Shown in pieces: positions 1 to 11,403 of a stretch of DNA of 64,000 bases. Source of the DNA: an uncultured Pelagibacteraceae bacterium (lineage in GTDB: Bacteria; Pseudomonadota; Alphaproteobacteria; Pelagibacterales; AG-422-B15); contig CAJJAN010000023.1 of assembly GCA_905182145.1 (NCBI GenBank), forward strand, positions 16,668 to 80,667, read 5' to 3'. The position numbers and the translations under genes were made by a program. Under the pieces are notes generated by a model that was not told where the DNA came from, did not search any database, and was given only the letters and a program-made list of their open reading frames with translations. Position 1 is the first letter of the stretch. The number at the start of each line of letters is the position of its first letter.

Positions 1-1788
1 GATGCAAGCATTACTATAGAGGACTGCAATACTAATATTGGTGTTAGAGTTAGTGATGTTGTCGAGGGTGGCGAAGTAATTGTTTCAATTTCTGAGAGAG
101 TTTTAGGTAGATTTGCTCAAGAGGATATTAAACACCCTATTACTGAAGAATTAATAGTTGCTAAAGGAAATTATATTGAAGAAATAATTGCAGATCAGAT
201 TGAAGAATCTGGAATTCAAAACGTTTATATTAGATCTGCGCTTACATGTGAGTCTAAACGTGGACTTTGTGTTAAGTGTTACGGAAGAGATCTAGCTCGT
301 GGCTTCTTAGTGAATTTGGGTGAAACTGTTGGCATGATTGCAGCACAATCAATTGGTGAGCCCGGTACTCAGCTAACAATGAGAACTTTCCACATTGGTG
401 GAACTGCGCAAATAAATGATCAATCATTTGTTGAAGTTAACTGTGAGGGGATATTTAAAATACTAAACAAAAATACCGTTGAAGACTCTAAGGGTGACTT
501 AATTGTTATGGGTAGAAACTGTCAATTGGCAATTCAAGATAAATCTGGAAAAGAATTAGCAAACTATAAAGTTCCTTATGGTACAAGAATTCTTGTGAAA
601 GAAGATTCTAATGTATCTCATGGTACTAAGATTTGTGAATGGGATCCATTTACTAATCCTGTAATTTCTGAAAAAACTGGAACTGCAAACTATGTTGATT
701 TACAATCAGGTATATCTTTAACAGATGAAACTGATGAAAAAACAGGTCTTACAAATATGAAAGTTAAGGACTGGAAAGCCAACCCTAAAGGTGTTGACTT
801 AAAACCTAGAATTACATTAAGAGATAAAAGTGGTGAAGTTATAATGTTAGCAAATGGTACTGAGGCAAGGTATTTTCTTCCACCAGAATCTCTTTTATCT
901 ATAGCTGATGGTGCTGAAGTTCACGCAGGTGATATTTTAGCAAGAACACCCCAAGCAGCATCTAAAACCAAAGATATTACAGGTGGATTGCCTAGAGTTG
1001 CTGAGTTATTTGAGGCGAGAAAACCAAAAGATTTTGCAGTTATAGCTGAAAATTCTGGATATATATCTTTTGGAAAAGATATGCGTGGAAAACAAAAAGT
1101 TATTGTAACACCAGAAGATGAACATGAAGAGCCTAAGGAATATTTAATACCTAAAGGTAAGCAAGTTGCTTATCAAGAAGGTGAAAAAATTGAAAAAGGA
1201 GACTACTTACTAGATGGTAATCCTGATCCACATGATATTTTAGAAATTCTAGGAATTGAACCTTTAGCAAATTACTTAATCAATGAAGTGCAAGAAGTAT
1301 ATAGGCTTCAAGGTGTTCAAATAAATGATAAACATATTGAAGTACTTTGTAGACAAATGCTTAAAAAAGTTAAGGTTGTTAGTTCGGGTGACAGTAGCTT
1401 TATTGCAAATGAAGAAATTGAAAGAGTTGATTATTTAACTGAAAATGAGGAATTGGCATCTCAAGGAAAAGAATTAGCGGTAGCAAAACCAATTCTTCTA
1501 GGTATTACTAAAGCCTCACTATCAACTAAATCATTTATTTCAGCCGCATCATTCCAAGAAACCACTAGGATTCTTACTGATGCAGCAATTAAGGGTAAAG
1601 TAGATACGCTTCAAGGCCTTAAAGAAAATGTAATTGTTGGAAGATTAATTCCTGCTGGAACTGGTAGAACCTTTAAGCAGCTAGAAAAAAGGGCTAAAAA
1701 CCTTGATAATACTGCAAAAGAGGAAATGGCTGCCATGAGAGCAAAAAGAGAGCTGGAAACGGCAGAAATTCAACAAAATATAGAATAA
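1..1788 (+). CDS. rpoC: DNA-directed RNA polymerase beta' subunit, C-terminal ~595 codons (5' end lies outside the window)
   Basis: Frame 1 is open from base 1 (DASITIEDCNTNIG...CVKCYGRDLARG) and continues into listed ORF 310..1788. It carries the beta' motif AAQSIGEPGTQLTMRTFHIGG and C-terminal GLKENVIVGRLIPAGTG. Confidence 0.97.
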   Translation, partial: DASITIEDCNTNIGVRVSDVVEGGEVIVSISERVLGRFAQEDIKHPITEELIVAKGNYIEEIIADQIEESGIQNVYIRSALTCESKRGLCVKCYGRDLARGFLVNLGETVGMIAAQSIGEPGTQLTMRTFHIGGTAQINDQSFVEVNCEGIFKILNKNTVEDSKGDLIVMGRNCQLAIQDKSGKELANYKVPYGTRILVKEDSNVSHGTKICEWDPFTNPVISEKTGTANYVDLQSGISLTDETDEKTGLTNMKVKDWKANPKGVDLKPRITLRDKSGEVIMLANGTEARYFLPPESLLSIADGAEVHAGDILARTPQAASKTKDITGGLPRVAELFEARKPKDFAVIAENSGYISFGKDMRGKQKVIVTPEDEHEEPKEYLIPKGKQVAYQEGEKIEKGDYLLDGNPDPHDILEILGIEPLANYLINEVQEVYRLQGVQINDKHIEVLCRQMLKKVKVVSSGDSSFIANEEIERVDYLTENEELASQGKELAVAKPILLGITKASLSTKSFISAASFQETTRILTDAAIKGKVDTLQGLKENVIVGRLIPAGTGRTFKQLEKRAKNLDNTAKEEMAAMRAKRELETAEIQQNIE

Positions 1789-1794
1789 TTTATG

Positions 1795-1822
1795 TTGACC
1801 TTGGTCGTGCAATAAGTATTAT
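1795..1822 (+). promoter_or_regulatory. Candidate sigma70-type promoter for the rpsL operon (TTGACC-16 nt-TATTAT)
   Basis: TTGACC at 1795-1800 and TATTAT at 1817-1822, in the 147-bp rpoC-rpsL spacer, the largest non-coding gap in the window. The -35 hexamer is identical to the one upstream of rpsM. Confidence 0.4.
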
Positions 1823-1901
1823 GCGCTCACCTTAATAGAAGTATCGTAGTTAAGTCTAAACGCTTCTTTTAAAACAAAGAATTTAAAACTGTTAACTATT
1901 T

Positions 1902-1921
1902 TTCAAGTTAGAAAACTTGAA
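1902..1921 (+). promoter_or_regulatory. Leader hairpin next to the rpsL ribosome-binding site
   Basis: Perfect 8-bp inverted repeat TTCAAGTT (1902-1909) / AACTTGAA (1914-1921) with loop AGAA. It ends 2 nt before GGAG (1924-1927), and the rpsL ATG is at 1936. Confidence 0.35.
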
Positions 1922-1935
1922 GTGGAGAAATATGT

Positions 1936-2310
1936 ATGCCGACTATTAGTCAGCTAGTTAGAAAACCAAGAACTAAAGTTCTTAAAAAAAGTAAGGTACC
2001 TGCTTTAAAAGCTAACCCACAAAAACGTGGTGTGTGTACTCGTGTTTATACAACAACTCCAAAAAAACCTAACTCAGCACTGAGAAAAGTTGCACGTGTG
2101 AGACTTACAAATGGTTTTGAGGTTACAAGTTATATTGGTGGTGAAGGCCACAACCTACAAGAACACTCTGTAATTTTAATTCGTGGTGGTCGTGTTAAGG
2201 ATTTACCTGGTGTTAGATATCACACTGTCCGTGGCGTGTTAGACACACAAGGAGTTTCTGATAGAAAACAACGAAGATCGCACTATGGTGCAAAGAAACC
2301 AAAGAAATAA
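1936..2310 (+). CDS. rpsL: 30S ribosomal protein S12
   Basis: 124 aa. [13 protein letters not shown]-terminus and the [12 protein letters not shown] loop typical of S12. Confidence 0.98.
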   Translation: MPTISQLVRKPRTKVLKKSKVPALKANPQKRGVCTRVYTTTPKKPNSALRKVARVRLTNGFEVTSYIGGEGHNLQEHSVILIRGGRVKDLPGVRYHTVRGVLDTQGVSDRKQRRSHYGAKKPKK

Positions 2311-2790
<480 letters not shown>

Positions 2791-2794
2791 TCAA

Positions 2795-4870
2795 ATGACA
2801 CGTGAAGTTTCCCTAAATAAATACAGAAATATAGGCATCATGGCCCATATTGATGCAGGTAAAACAACCACTACAGAGAGAATATTATATTACACAGGTA
2901 AAAGTCATAAAATTGGTGAAGTTCATGATGGTGCTGCGACTATGGACTGGATGGAACAAGAACAAGAAAGAGGAATTACTATAACTTCTGCAGCTACTAC
3001 TTGTTTTTGGAATGATCATAGAATTAATATTATCGATACACCAGGTCACGTTGATTTTACTATTGAAGTTGAAAGATCTTTAAGAGTGCTTGACGGTGCT
3101 GTAGCTGTATTTGATGGTGTTGCAGGTGTTGAGCCTCAAACCGAAACTGTTTGGAGACAAGCCAACAGATACAACGTTCCTAGAATGTGTTTTATCAATA
3201 AAATGGATAGAACAGGTGCTGATTGGCATAAATGCTTGGCAATGATTAAAGACAGACTTCAATGCAATGCTTTAGTTATTCAACTGCCATGGGGAAGCGA
3301 ATCAAATTTAAAAGGTGTAATAGATTTAGTTAAGAATAAAGGAATTTTATGGGACAATGAAGACCTTGGTGCGAATTTCTCATATGTTGACATTCCAGAT
3401 GAATTAAAAGAAGAAGCTAAAAAATTTAGAATGGAAATGGTTGAAATGGCTGTTGAACAAGATGAAGCCGTTTTAGAAAAATATTTAGATGGTGAAGAAC
3501 CTGATGAAGAAACATTAATTAGATGTATAAGAAAAGGAACCATCGATTTTAAGTTTGTTCCAATCTTAACAGGTAGCGCTTTTAAAAATAAAGGTGTTCA
3601 ACCACTACTTGATGCTGTTGTTAATTTTATGCCTGACCCTAGTGAAGTTCAAGCGGCCACTGGAACACTTAAAGATAGCGAAGATGAAATTACTAGAGAT
3701 GCATCTGATAGTGAGTCTTTCTCAGCACTTGCTTTTAAAGTTGCGACTGATCCTTTTGTAGGAACATTAACTTTTGTTAGAATATATTCAGGAAAACTAG
3801 AAACTAGTTCATCTGTACTTAATTCGGTAAAAGAAAATAAAGAAAAAATTGGTAGAATGTTATTGATGCACGCAAATGATCGTGAAGATATTAAAGTTGC
3901 TTATGCTGGAGATATTGTTGCTGTAGCTGGTTTAAAAAATACTGTTACAGGTGAAACACTTTGCGATCCTTTAAAACCAATTGTTTTAGAGTCTATGGAC
4001 TTTCCAGAGCCTGTTATAGAAATTGCCGTAGAGCCTAAAACTAAAGCTGACCAAGAAAAAATGGGTGAAGCATTAGCTAGGCTAGCTAAGGAAGATCCAT
4101 CATTCAGAGTTACATCCGATGAAGAATCTGGGCAAACAGTTATTAAAGGTATGGGTGAACTTCATTTAGATATTATTGTTGATCGTATGAAAAGAGAATT
4201 TAATGTAGAAGCGAATATTGGCGCACCTCAGGTTGCTTATAGAGAAACAATTTCAAAAGAAGTTGAAGTTACTTACACACACAAAAAACAAAGTGGTGGT
4301 GCAGGTCAATTTGCTGAAGTTAAGATTATTGTTCAAGGTGGTGAGCCAGGCAGCGGCAGAATTTTTGAAGATAAAATTAAAGGTGGTAATATTCCAAAAG
4401 AATATATACCTGGTGTCGAAAAAGGTGTTGAAGGTGTTGCAGATTCAGGTGTAATTGCTGGATTCCCTATAATTGATTATAAAGTAACACTTGTTGATGG
4501 AAAATATCATGATGTTGATTCTAGCAGCCTAGCATTTGAATTAGCTGGAAGAATGGGTTTTAAAGAAGCTTGTCAAAAAGCAAGTCCAAAATTATTGGAA
4601 CCGGTTATGAGAGTAGAAGTTGTTACTCCAGAAGATTATATGGGTGATGTAATTGGTGATTTAAGCAGTAGAAGAGGTCAGGTAAGTGGTAGTGAGACTA
4701 GAGGTAGTGATGCTAGTATCAGTGCAATGGTTCCATTGGCAAATATGTTTGGTTATGTAAATACACTTAGATCTATGACCCAAGGTCGTGCTCAATACTC
4801 TATGTTCTTTGATCATTACGAACAAGTTCCACAAAATGTACAGGATGAGGTTAAAGCAAAATTTGCTTAA
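2795..4870 (+). CDS. fusA: Elongation factor G
   Basis: Start moved to ATG 2795 ([31 protein letters not shown]), with AGGTGG at 2782-2787 as SD. G1 AHIDAGKT and G3 DTPGHVDF are present. The track ORF start at 2669 lies inside rpsG. Confidence 0.97.
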   Translation: MTREVSLNKYRNIGIMAHIDAGKTTTTERILYYTGKSHKIGEVHDGAATMDWMEQEQERGITITSAATTCFWNDHRINIIDTPGHVDFTIEVERSLRVLDGAVAVFDGVAGVEPQTETVWRQANRYNVPRMCFINKMDRTGADWHKCLAMIKDRLQCNALVIQLPWGSESNLKGVIDLVKNKGILWDNEDLGANFSYVDIPDELKEEAKKFRMEMVEMAVEQDEAVLEKYLDGEEPDEETLIRCIRKGTIDFKFVPILTGSAFKNKGVQPLLDAVVNFMPDPSEVQAATGTLKDSEDEITRDASDSESFSALAFKVATDPFVGTLTFVRIYSGKLETSSSVLNSVKENKEKIGRMLLMHANDREDIKVAYAGDIVAVAGLKNTVTGETLCDPLKPIVLESMDFPEPVIEIAVEPKTKADQEKMGEALARLAKEDPSFRVTSDEESGQTVIKGMGELHLDIIVDRMKREFNVEANIGAPQVAYRETISKEVEVTYTHKKQSGGAGQFAEVKIIVQGGEPGSGRIFEDKIKGGNIPKEYIPGVEKGVEGVADSGVIAGFPIIDYKVTLVDGKYHDVDSSSLAFELAGRMGFKEACQKASPKLLEPVMRVEVVTPEDYMGDVIGDLSSRRGQVSGSETRGSDASISAMVPLANMFGYVNTLRSMTQGRAQYSMFFDHYEQVPQNVQDEVKAKFA

Positions 4871-4879
4871 TAATTAATT

Positions 4880-5188
4880 ATGGATAATCAAAATATAAAA
4901 ATCAGATTAAAGGCATACGATCATGGTATATTAGATCAGTCTTCAATCGAAATTGTTAATACAGCAAAAAGAACAGGTGCGTTTGTAAAAGGACCTATCC
5001 CTTTACCCACCAACAACGAAGTCTTTACAGTATTAAGATCTCCACATGTTAACAAAAAAAGTCGTGAACAATTTGAAATTAGAACTCACAAAAGATTAAT
5101 TGAAATTGTAGACCCAACACCTCAAACAGTTGATGCTTTAATGAAGTTAGATTTAGCATCAGGCGTAGATGTAGAAATTAAGTTATAA
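4880..5188 (+). CDS. rpsJ: 30S ribosomal protein S10
   Basis: 102 aa. IRLKAYDH...[18 protein letters not shown]. It starts 9 nt after the fusA stop. Confidence 0.98.
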   Translation: MDNQNIKIRLKAYDHGILDQSSIEIVNTAKRTGAFVKGPIPLPTNNEVFTVLRSPHVNKKSREQFEIRTHKRLIEIVDPTPQTVDALMKLDLASGVDVEIKL

Positions 5189-5190
5189 TT

Positions 5191-5880
5191 ATGAGAACTG
5201 GACTAATAGCAAAGAAAATTGGAATGAGTAATTATTATACTCCAAATGGTATTAATATACCCGTTACAGTTCTTCACATCGAAGACTGCAAGGTGGTTGA
5301 AAGAATATCAGATGAAAATTCCAATTTAGATAAACTAGTAATTGGTGCCAATGAAATAAAAAAAATCTCTAAACTATCAAAGTCAGTTAAAACTTATTTT
5401 GAGAAAAAAAATTTAAATCCACTCAAAATTACTAAAGAATTTAAAATTGATAAATCTGTAGAACTTAAGGCTGGTGATGAAATTAATGCTGATCATTTTG
5501 AAGAAGGTCAATTTATTGATGTTTCAGGATTTACTAAAGGTAAAGGCTTTGCAGGCGTTATGAAGAGACATAATTTTGGTGGCTTGAGAGCATCTCATGG
5601 TGTATCTGTTTCACATAGGTCGCACGGTTCAACTGGTCAATGTCAAGATCCTGGTAGAGTTTTCAAAGGTAAAAAAATGGCAGGCCATATGGGTGATGAT
5701 CATAAAACTTTACAAAATCTTCAGGTTGTTAAAATCGATGTTAAAAAAAATATATTGTGTGTTAAAGGTGCGACACCAGGCGCAAGAGGTGCATGGTTGG
5801 TATTAGAAGATTCAATTAAAAACAAACCAAGTAAAGACGTAGATATAAAACTCGAAGTTGATACAAAGAAAAAGAAATAA
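5191..5880 (+). CDS. rplC: 50S ribosomal protein L3
   Basis: 229 aa. GLIAKKIGMS and FTKGKGFAGVMKRHNFGG motifs. Confidence 0.97.
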   Translation: MRTGLIAKKIGMSNYYTPNGINIPVTVLHIEDCKVVERISDENSNLDKLVIGANEIKKISKLSKSVKTYFEKKNLNPLKITKEFKIDKSVELKAGDEINADHFEEGQFIDVSGFTKGKGFAGVMKRHNFGGLRASHGVSVSHRSHGSTGQCQDPGRVFKGKKMAGHMGDDHKTLQNLQVVKIDVKKNILCVKGATPGARGAWLVLEDSIKNKPSKDVDIKLEVDTKKKK

Positions 5881-5892
5881 AGAGAATTAGTA

Positions 5893-6519
5893 ATGTTAGT
5901 AGATGTACATAATTTAGACGGTAAAAAAATTGAGACGCTAGAGCTTAATGATGCCGTATTTAATTTAGAACCAAACTCAGAATTAATTGCTTCTGTAGTT
6001 CAGTGGCGCGCTTCTCAAAAGTACCCATTTAGAGCTAAAACTCTTAATAGATCTGAAGTTAAAGGTACAACACAAAGAGTTGGAAAACAAAAAGGTGGTG
6101 GTACAGCTAGACATGGATCAAAAAAAGCAAATATTTTTAGAAGTGGTGGAATGGCTCATAGTTTAAAGGGTGATAGAGCTGTAAAAAACTTATCAAGAAA
6201 AGCTAAAAAGCTTGGTTTAATTCACGCCCTATCATCAAAAATGAAGGACAATAATATTATTTTAATTGATGACCTAAAAATTAAAGAAGTAAAAACAAGT
6301 TCTTTGAAAAAACAGCTTGAGAAATTAAATATTAAATCAGCATTTATTATTGAAAGTGAAAAGCCTGATAACAATTTTGCTCTTTCTAGCCGTAACTTAA
6401 AAGAAGTTAAATACACAACTACTGATGGTGTAAATGTATTTGATATTATTAAATACGAAAAACTTGTTATGAGCAAAGATGCGGTAATGAGTATTGAGAA
6501 AAAGGCATTATCAGTATGA
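5893..6519 (+). CDS. rplD: 50S ribosomal protein L4
   Basis: 208 aa. KGTTQRVGKQKGGGTARHGS motif, at the S10-operon position. Confidence 0.96.
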   Translation: MLVDVHNLDGKKIETLELNDAVFNLEPNSELIASVVQWRASQKYPFRAKTLNRSEVKGTTQRVGKQKGGGTARHGSKKANIFRSGGMAHSLKGDRAVKNLSRKAKKLGLIHALSSKMKDNNIILIDDLKIKEVKTSSLKKQLEKLNIKSAFIIESEKPDNNFALSSRNLKEVKYTTTDGVNVFDIIKYEKLVMSKDAVMSIEKKALSV

Positions 6520-6809
6520 GTTTAATAAAAAACTATAAGGTTTTATTGAATCCTATTGTAACAGAAAAATCATCTATGATATCTGAATTCAATCAAGTAA
6601 CTTTTAAGGTAGCAATTGATTCAAATAAAAAACAAATTAAAGAAGCCGTAGAAAATATTTTTAAGGTAAAAGTTAAAAGTGTAAACACCATAACAACTAA
6701 AGGTAAATTAAAAGCATTTAGAGGAACAATTGGTAGAAGATCAAATTTTAAAAAAGCAATAGTGACCTTACAAGATGGTCAAAGTATTGATATGAGTGCA
6801 GGAGTTTAA
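6516..6809 (+). CDS. rplW: 50S ribosomal protein L23
   Basis: 97 aa. LLNPIVTEKS motif. ATGA overlap with rplD. Confidence 0.96.
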   Translation: MSLIKNYKVLLNPIVTEKSSMISEFNQVTFKVAIDSNKKQIKEAVENIFKVKVKSVNTITTKGKLKAFRGTIGRRSNFKKAIVTLQDGQSIDMSAGV

Positions 6810-6812
6810 TAA

Positions 6813-7658
6813 GTGGCTTTAATTAAATCTAAACCTAATACCCCAGGAACTAGACAGTTAGTACTAGTAGACAGAAAAGGTTTATGGAAAGGCAAGTCGT
6901 TAAAGAAATTGACGGTTGGCTTATCTAAGCCAGGAGGTAGAAATAATAAAGGCCGCATTACTATGAGACATAAAGGTGGTGGTCATAAAAATAAATATAG
7001 ACTGGTTGATTTTAAGAGAAATAAGTTCGATATAAGCGCCACTGTAGAAAGAATTGAGTATGATCCAAACAGAACAGCTTACATTGCGTTAATTAAATAT
7101 GATGATGGTGAGCAAGCTTATATACTTGCACCTAAAGATGTTAAGGTAGGTGAAAAGGTTATTTCTGGAGAAAATGTTGAAATTAAATCTGGAAATTCAA
7201 TGTTAATAAAATATATACCAGTGGGTATTGATGTTCATAATTTAGAGTTGAATCCAGGTGGTGGTGGAATTTTAGCAAGATCTGCTGGAGCCGCTTTACA
7301 GGTTGTTGGAAAATCTGATGGATATGTAAATGTTAAGCTCCCGTCTGGCGAGTTAAGAAAAGTATTAGAAAATTGTAGAGCTTCTGTTGGTGTATTATCT
7401 AATGTAGATAAGAAAAATCAAAAATTAGGTAAAGCAGGTAGAAATAGATGGTTAGGAAAAAGACCTTCTGTCCGTGGTGTAGCAATGAATCCTATCGATC
7501 ACCCACACGGTGGTGGTGAAGGTAAGACATCTGGCGGTAGACATCCAGTGACTCCATGGGGCAAGCCAACTAAAGGTAAAAAAACAAGAAGCAACAAGCG
7601 TACTGATAAATATATTATTAAAAGAAAAACTGATAAAAAAGCAAGGATAGAAGTTTAA
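6813..7658 (+). CDS. rplB: 50S ribosomal protein L2
   Basis: 281 aa with a GTG start at 6813. MRHKGGGHK and [16 protein letters not shown] motifs. Confidence 0.98.
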   Translation: MALIKSKPNTPGTRQLVLVDRKGLWKGKSLKKLTVGLSKPGGRNNKGRITMRHKGGGHKNKYRLVDFKRNKFDISATVERIEYDPNRTAYIALIKYDDGEQAYILAPKDVKVGEKVISGENVEIKSGNSMLIKYIPVGIDVHNLELNPGGGGILARSAGAALQVVGKSDGYVNVKLPSGELRKVLENCRASVGVLSNVDKKNQKLGKAGRNRWLGKRPSVRGVAMNPIDHPHGGGEGKTSGGRHPVTPWGKPTKGKKTRSNKRTDKYIIKRKTDKKARIEV

Positions 7659-7661
7659 GGT

Positions 7662-7937
7662 ATGGCTAGATCAATATGGAAGGGGCCATTTGTAGATGGT
7701 CATTTATTAAAAAAAGTTTCAAAAGCTTCGGATTCTTCAAGAAATGAAGTTATAAAAACATGGTCTCGAAGATCTACAATTTTACCAGAATTTATTGGCT
7801 TAAGTTTTGCGGTACATAATGGTAAAAAGTTTATACCAGTAAATGTTACTGAGGATATGGTTGGACATAAATTAGGCGAATTTTCACCAACTAGAACATT
7901 TAATGGTCATACAGCAGATAAGAAAACTAAGAAGTAA
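7662..7937 (+). CDS. rpsS: 30S ribosomal protein S19
   Basis: 91 aa. [11 protein letters not shown] and [13 protein letters not shown] motifs. Confidence 0.98.
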   Translation: MARSIWKGPFVDGHLLKKVSKASDSSRNEVIKTWSRRSTILPEFIGLSFAVHNGKKFIPVNVTEDMVGHKLGEFSPTRTFNGHTADKKTKK

Positions 7938-7939
7938 TT

Positions 7940-8320
7940 ATGAAAAATTTACACAGAAAAGATAATGAAGCATTTGCAATCGGAAAGAACGTTAGAGTTA
8001 GTCCGCGTAAGGCTAGTATTGTTTTAGATACTATTCGAGGTAAAAGAGTTAAAGATGCACAAAACATATTAAAATTTTCTAAGAGAGCTATAGCACAAGA
8101 TATATATAAAATTTTAAGCAGCGCAGCAGCTAATGCGGAAAACAATCATCAACTAGATCTTGATGTTTTGCAAATATCAGAAGCTTATTGTGGCAAAGGG
8201 ATGGTTATGAAAAGGTGGAGAGCTCGTGCTAAAGGGCGTCCAGGTAGAATTCAAAAGTTTTTAAGCAATATAACTATTAAAGTTGCTGAAGTTCAGAACG
8301 ACAAAGAGGAAAGTAAATAA
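7940..8320 (+). CDS. rplV: 50S ribosomal protein L22
   Basis: 126 aa. [18 protein letters not shown] motif, at the operon position. Confidence 0.96.
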   Translation: MKNLHRKDNEAFAIGKNVRVSPRKASIVLDTIRGKRVKDAQNILKFSKRAIAQDIYKILSSAAANAENNHQLDLDVLQISEAYCGKGMVMKRWRARAKGRPGRIQKFLSNITIKVAEVQNDKEESK

Positions 8321-8325
8321 TTATT

Positions 8326-8991
8326 ATGGGTCAAAAAGTAAATCCAATTGGTCTTAGACTTATCTTGAATAAAAAATGGCAATCAAAATGGTTTGCTAAC
8401 AAGAAAGATTTTGGAAGAGTTCTCCAAGAAGATATTAAGATTAGAAATTTTTTAAAAACTAATTTGAAAAAATGTGGTGTTGCTAAAATAGAAATTGAAA
8501 GACCTGCTAAAAAGGCTCAAATTACTATATTTACCGCTAGACCTGGACTTATAATTGGTAAAAAAGGAAGCGATATTGAAAAGCTGAAGAAAAAAATAAC
8601 TTCTTTTACTGGTCAGGATGCAACTATTAACCTAGTTGAGATAAGAAAACCAGAAGTTGAAGCACAACTCATTGCAGATAATATAGCCGAACAACTAGAA
8701 CGTAGAGTGTCTTTTAGAAGAGCAATGAAACGATCTGTTCAATCTGCGATGCGACTTGGCGCAGAAGGAATTAGAGTTAATTGTGGTGGTAGACTTGGTG
8801 GAACTGAAATAGCGCGAACAGAGTGGTATCGTGAGGGAAGAGTTCCATTACACACATTTAGAGCCAATGTAGATTATGCAGAGTCAACTGCTGCAACTAC
8901 TTATGGAGCTTGTGGAATAAAAGTATGGATTTATAAAGGTGATATTGATGAGAATGTTCCTCATGAAAAATCTCCAAATAGCTTAGGATAA
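8326..8991 (+). CDS. rpsC: 30S ribosomal protein S3
   Basis: 221 aa. [12 protein letters not shown] start and KH-like [14 protein letters not shown]. Confidence 0.98.
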   Translation: MGQKVNPIGLRLILNKKWQSKWFANKKDFGRVLQEDIKIRNFLKTNLKKCGVAKIEIERPAKKAQITIFTARPGLIIGKKGSDIEKLKKKITSFTGQDATINLVEIRKPEVEAQLIADNIAEQLERRVSFRRAMKRSVQSAMRLGAEGIRVNCGGRLGGTEIARTEWYREGRVPLHTFRANVDYAESTAATTYGACGIKVWIYKGDIDENVPHEKSPNSLG

Positions 8992-8994
8992 TAA

Positions 8995-9408
8995 ATGTTA
9001 CAACCAAAGAAAACAAAATTTAGAAAAGCACATAAGGGTCGAGTTAAAGGTGTAGCTACTTCAGCCACCACTTTAAACTTTGGAACTTTTGGACTTAAGT
9101 CTCTTCAGGCAGAGAGAATAACTGCAAGACAGATTGAAGCAGCTCGTGTTGCAATGACTAGATATATGAAAAGAGCTGGTAGAGTATGGGTAAGAATTTT
9201 CCCTGATATACCAGTTTCAAAAAAGCCAACTGAAGTAAGAATGGGTAAAGGTAAAGGTTCCCCTGAATATTGGGTTGTGCGAGTAAAGCCTGGAAAGATT
9301 ATGTTTGAAGTAGATGGAGTATCGCATGAAATAGCTAAAGCAGCATTTAGTAGAGCTGCCGCTAAACTTCCAGTGAAAACAAAAGTAGTTGAACAATTAA
9401 TTAAGTAG
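8995..9408 (+). CDS. rplP: 50S ribosomal protein L16
   Basis: 137 aa. [16 protein letters not shown] start. Confidence 0.98.
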   Translation: MLQPKKTKFRKAHKGRVKGVATSATTLNFGTFGLKSLQAERITARQIEAARVAMTRYMKRAGRVWVRIFPDIPVSKKPTEVRMGKGKGSPEYWVVRVKPGKIMFEVDGVSHEIAKAAFSRAAAKLPVKTKVVEQLIK

Positions 9409-9413
9409 ATTTT

Positions 9414-9608
9414 ATGAAAACTGAAGAAATTAGAAAAAAAACTGAAGATCAAATCTCTAGTGAGATGGAAAATCTTTACAAGGAATCGCTTAATCTGAGA
9501 TTTCAAAAGTCTTCAGGTCAATTAGAGAATACTTCTAGAATCAATAAAGTGCGTAAATTGATCGCTAGAATGAAAACAGTTTTAAATGAAAGGTCTGAAG
9601 GTAAATAG
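9414..9608 (+). CDS. rpmC: 50S ribosomal protein L29
   Basis: 64 aa. [30 protein letters not shown], at the operon position. Confidence 0.95.
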   Translation: MKTEEIRKKTEDQISSEMENLYKESLNLRFQKSSGQLENTSRINKVRKLIARMKTVLNERSEGK

Positions 9609-9609
9609 T

Positions 9610-9837
9610 ATGCCAAAAAAAATTCTTCAAGGCACGGTAGTAAGTAGCAAACAAGATAAGACTGTTACAGTTTTAGTTGAAAGAAAATTTAAACATCCTC
9701 TCTTAGGTAAGGTAATTAAGAGGTCAAAAAAATATAGTGCACACGATGAAAATAATGAGCACTCTACAGGTGATAAAATTAAAATTATGGAGTCTAAACC
9801 GATTTCTAAAATGAAAAGATGGACGGTAATTAAGTAA
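9610..9837 (+). CDS. rpsQ: 30S ribosomal protein S17
   Basis: Start moved to ATG 9610 ([25 protein letters not shown]), 1 nt after the rpmC stop. The track start at 9586 overlaps rpmC. Confidence 0.95.
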   Translation: MPKKILQGTVVSSKQDKTVTVLVERKFKHPLLGKVIKRSKKYSAHDENNEHSTGDKIKIMESKPISKMKRWTVIK

Positions 9838-10205
9838 TGATACAACCAGAATCAAGATTAAGTGTAGCAGATAACTCAGGTGCTAAAGAAGTATTGTGTA
9901 TAAAAGTACTTGGTGGCTCTAAAAGACGATATGCCTCTGTTGGAGATATTATTGTTGTGACTGTGAAAGAAGCAATTCCCAGAGGAAAAGTAAAAAAAGG
10001 TACAGTTCATAAGGCTGTAATCGTTCGCACGGCTAAAGAATTATTAAGAAAAGATGGCAGTACTATAAAATTTGATTCAAATGCAGCTGTTTTAATTAAT
10101 GCTCAAGGTGAGCCAGTGGGTACTAGAATATTTGGACCGGTATGTAGAGAATTGAGAGCTAAAAAACAAATGAAAATAATTTCATTAGCCCCGGAGGTTT
10201 TATAA
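9837..10205 (+). CDS. rplN: 50S ribosomal protein L14
   Basis: 122 aa. [17 protein letters not shown] start. TAATG overlap with rpsQ. Confidence 0.98.
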   Translation: MIQPESRLSVADNSGAKEVLCIKVLGGSKRRYASVGDIIVVTVKEAIPRGKVKKGTVHKAVIVRTAKELLRKDGSTIKFDSNAAVLINAQGEPVGTRIFGPVCRELRAKKQMKIISLAPEVL

Positions 10206-10516
10206 TGGCTGCTAGAATTAAAAAAGGTGACATGGTTTTTGTTAATTGTGGAAAGGACATTGGTAAAACAGGTGAAGTTTTAAGAATGTTAGGTGTCTCT
10301 GCAATTGTTAAAGGTATAAATGTAGTTAAGAAACATCAAAAACAAGACCAAAAAAATGAAGGTGGTATTCTTAATAAAGAAATGCCAATCAAATTAGATA
10401 ATTTAATGCTTTTAGACAAAAAAGATAATAAGCCTACTAGAGTAAGAACTAAAATTCTTAAAGATAAGAAGAAAGTTCGTATATCAGTTTTATCGGGAGA
10501 TCAAATAGATGCCTAG
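10205..10516 (+). CDS. rplX: 50S ribosomal protein L24
   Basis: 103 aa. KOW-type IKKGDMVFVNCGKDIGKTGEV. Confidence 0.96.
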   Translation: MAARIKKGDMVFVNCGKDIGKTGEVLRMLGVSAIVKGINVVKKHQKQDQKNEGGILNKEMPIKLDNLMLLDKKDNKPTRVRTKILKDKKKVRISVLSGDQIDA

Positions 10517-11078
10517 CTCAAATATTCCTAGATTAAAAGAAATGTATGTATCTCAAATTACTTCTCAACTCAAAGAAAAGTTGGGCCTAAAAAATAATCT
10601 GCAAGTACCTCGTCTCACAAAGGTTGTGTTAAATATGGGTTTAGGTGAGGCAGCGCAGGATTCAAAGGTAATACAAAAAGCTAAAGATGACTTATCTGTA
10701 ATTTCTGGGCAATTGCCAATTACAACAATGGCAAAAAAATCTATTGCAACGTACAAGACTAGAACTGGAATGCCTTTAGGTGTGAAAGTTACTTTACGTG
10801 GTAATACAATGTATGAATTTATTGATAGATTGGTAACAATTGCTTTACCAAGAATTCGTGATTTTAGAGGATTGAAAAAAAATAGTTTTGATGGTCAAGG
10901 AAATTACGCGCTTGGTATTAGTGAGTGTACAATCTTTCCTGAAATAGATGTAGACAGGCTAGATAAAATTCGAGGCCTCGATATCGTTGTATGTACGTCT
11001 GCAAATAACGACGAACAAGCTTTAAGCTTACTTCAATCGCTTAACTTTCCGATAAAAGAATCAAATCAACTAGGATAA
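10509..11078 (+). CDS. rplE: 50S ribosomal protein L5
   Basis: 189 aa. RLKEMY...LQVPRLTKVVLNMGLGEA. 8-nt overlap with rplX. Confidence 0.97.
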   Translation: MPSSNIPRLKEMYVSQITSQLKEKLGLKNNLQVPRLTKVVLNMGLGEAAQDSKVIQKAKDDLSVISGQLPITTMAKKSIATYKTRTGMPLGVKVTLRGNTMYEFIDRLVTIALPRIRDFRGLKKNSFDGQGNYALGISECTIFPEIDVDRLDKIRGLDIVVCTSANNDEQALSLLQSLNFPIKESNQLG

Positions 11079-11083
11079 TTATT

Positions 11084-11389
11084 ATGGCTAAAAAAAGTAT
11101 GATAGAGAAAAATAAGACAAGAATTAGGCTGTCCAACCTAGATTTAGTCAAAAGAAAAGCTCTAAAAGATATAATTATGAACAAGAAAACTCCAATTGAT
11201 GAAAGATTTCAAGCTCAGCTAAAATTAGCAAAAATGAGAAGAAATGGTGCTCAAAATAGAGTCAGAAATCGATGTGAAGTAACTGGTAGACCCCGTGGTT
11301 TCCATGGTCGAGTAAAAATGTCAAGGATTGCATTAAGGGATATGGCTTCATTTGGTCAAATTCCTGGCATGACTAAGGCGAGTTGGTAG
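11084..11389 (+). CDS. rpsN: 30S ribosomal protein S14 (long, non-zinc form)
   Basis: 101 aa. C-terminus RIALRDMASFGQIPGMTKASW. It has a single Cys, so no CxxC pairs. Confidence 0.96.
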   Translation: MAKKSMIEKNKTRIRLSNLDLVKRKALKDIIMNKKTPIDERFQAQLKLAKMRRNGAQNRVRNRCEVTGRPRGFHGRVKMSRIALRDMASFGQIPGMTKASW

Positions 11390-11403
11390 AAAGGTATTAT
11401 TGA

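Noticed and set aside
4218-4454. Same-strand alternative-frame ORFs inside fusA (4218..4454), rplC (5597..5806) and rpoA (17275..17469)
   Set aside because: They are short and K/L/V-rich, sit inside conserved genes, and have no RBS or motif. I treat them as chance open frames.
9586-9609. Track ORF extends rpsQ 8 codons upstream (MKGLKVNS)
   Set aside because: It overlaps the rpmC 3' end. The conserved S17 N-terminus begins at [11 protein letters not shown] (ATG 9610).
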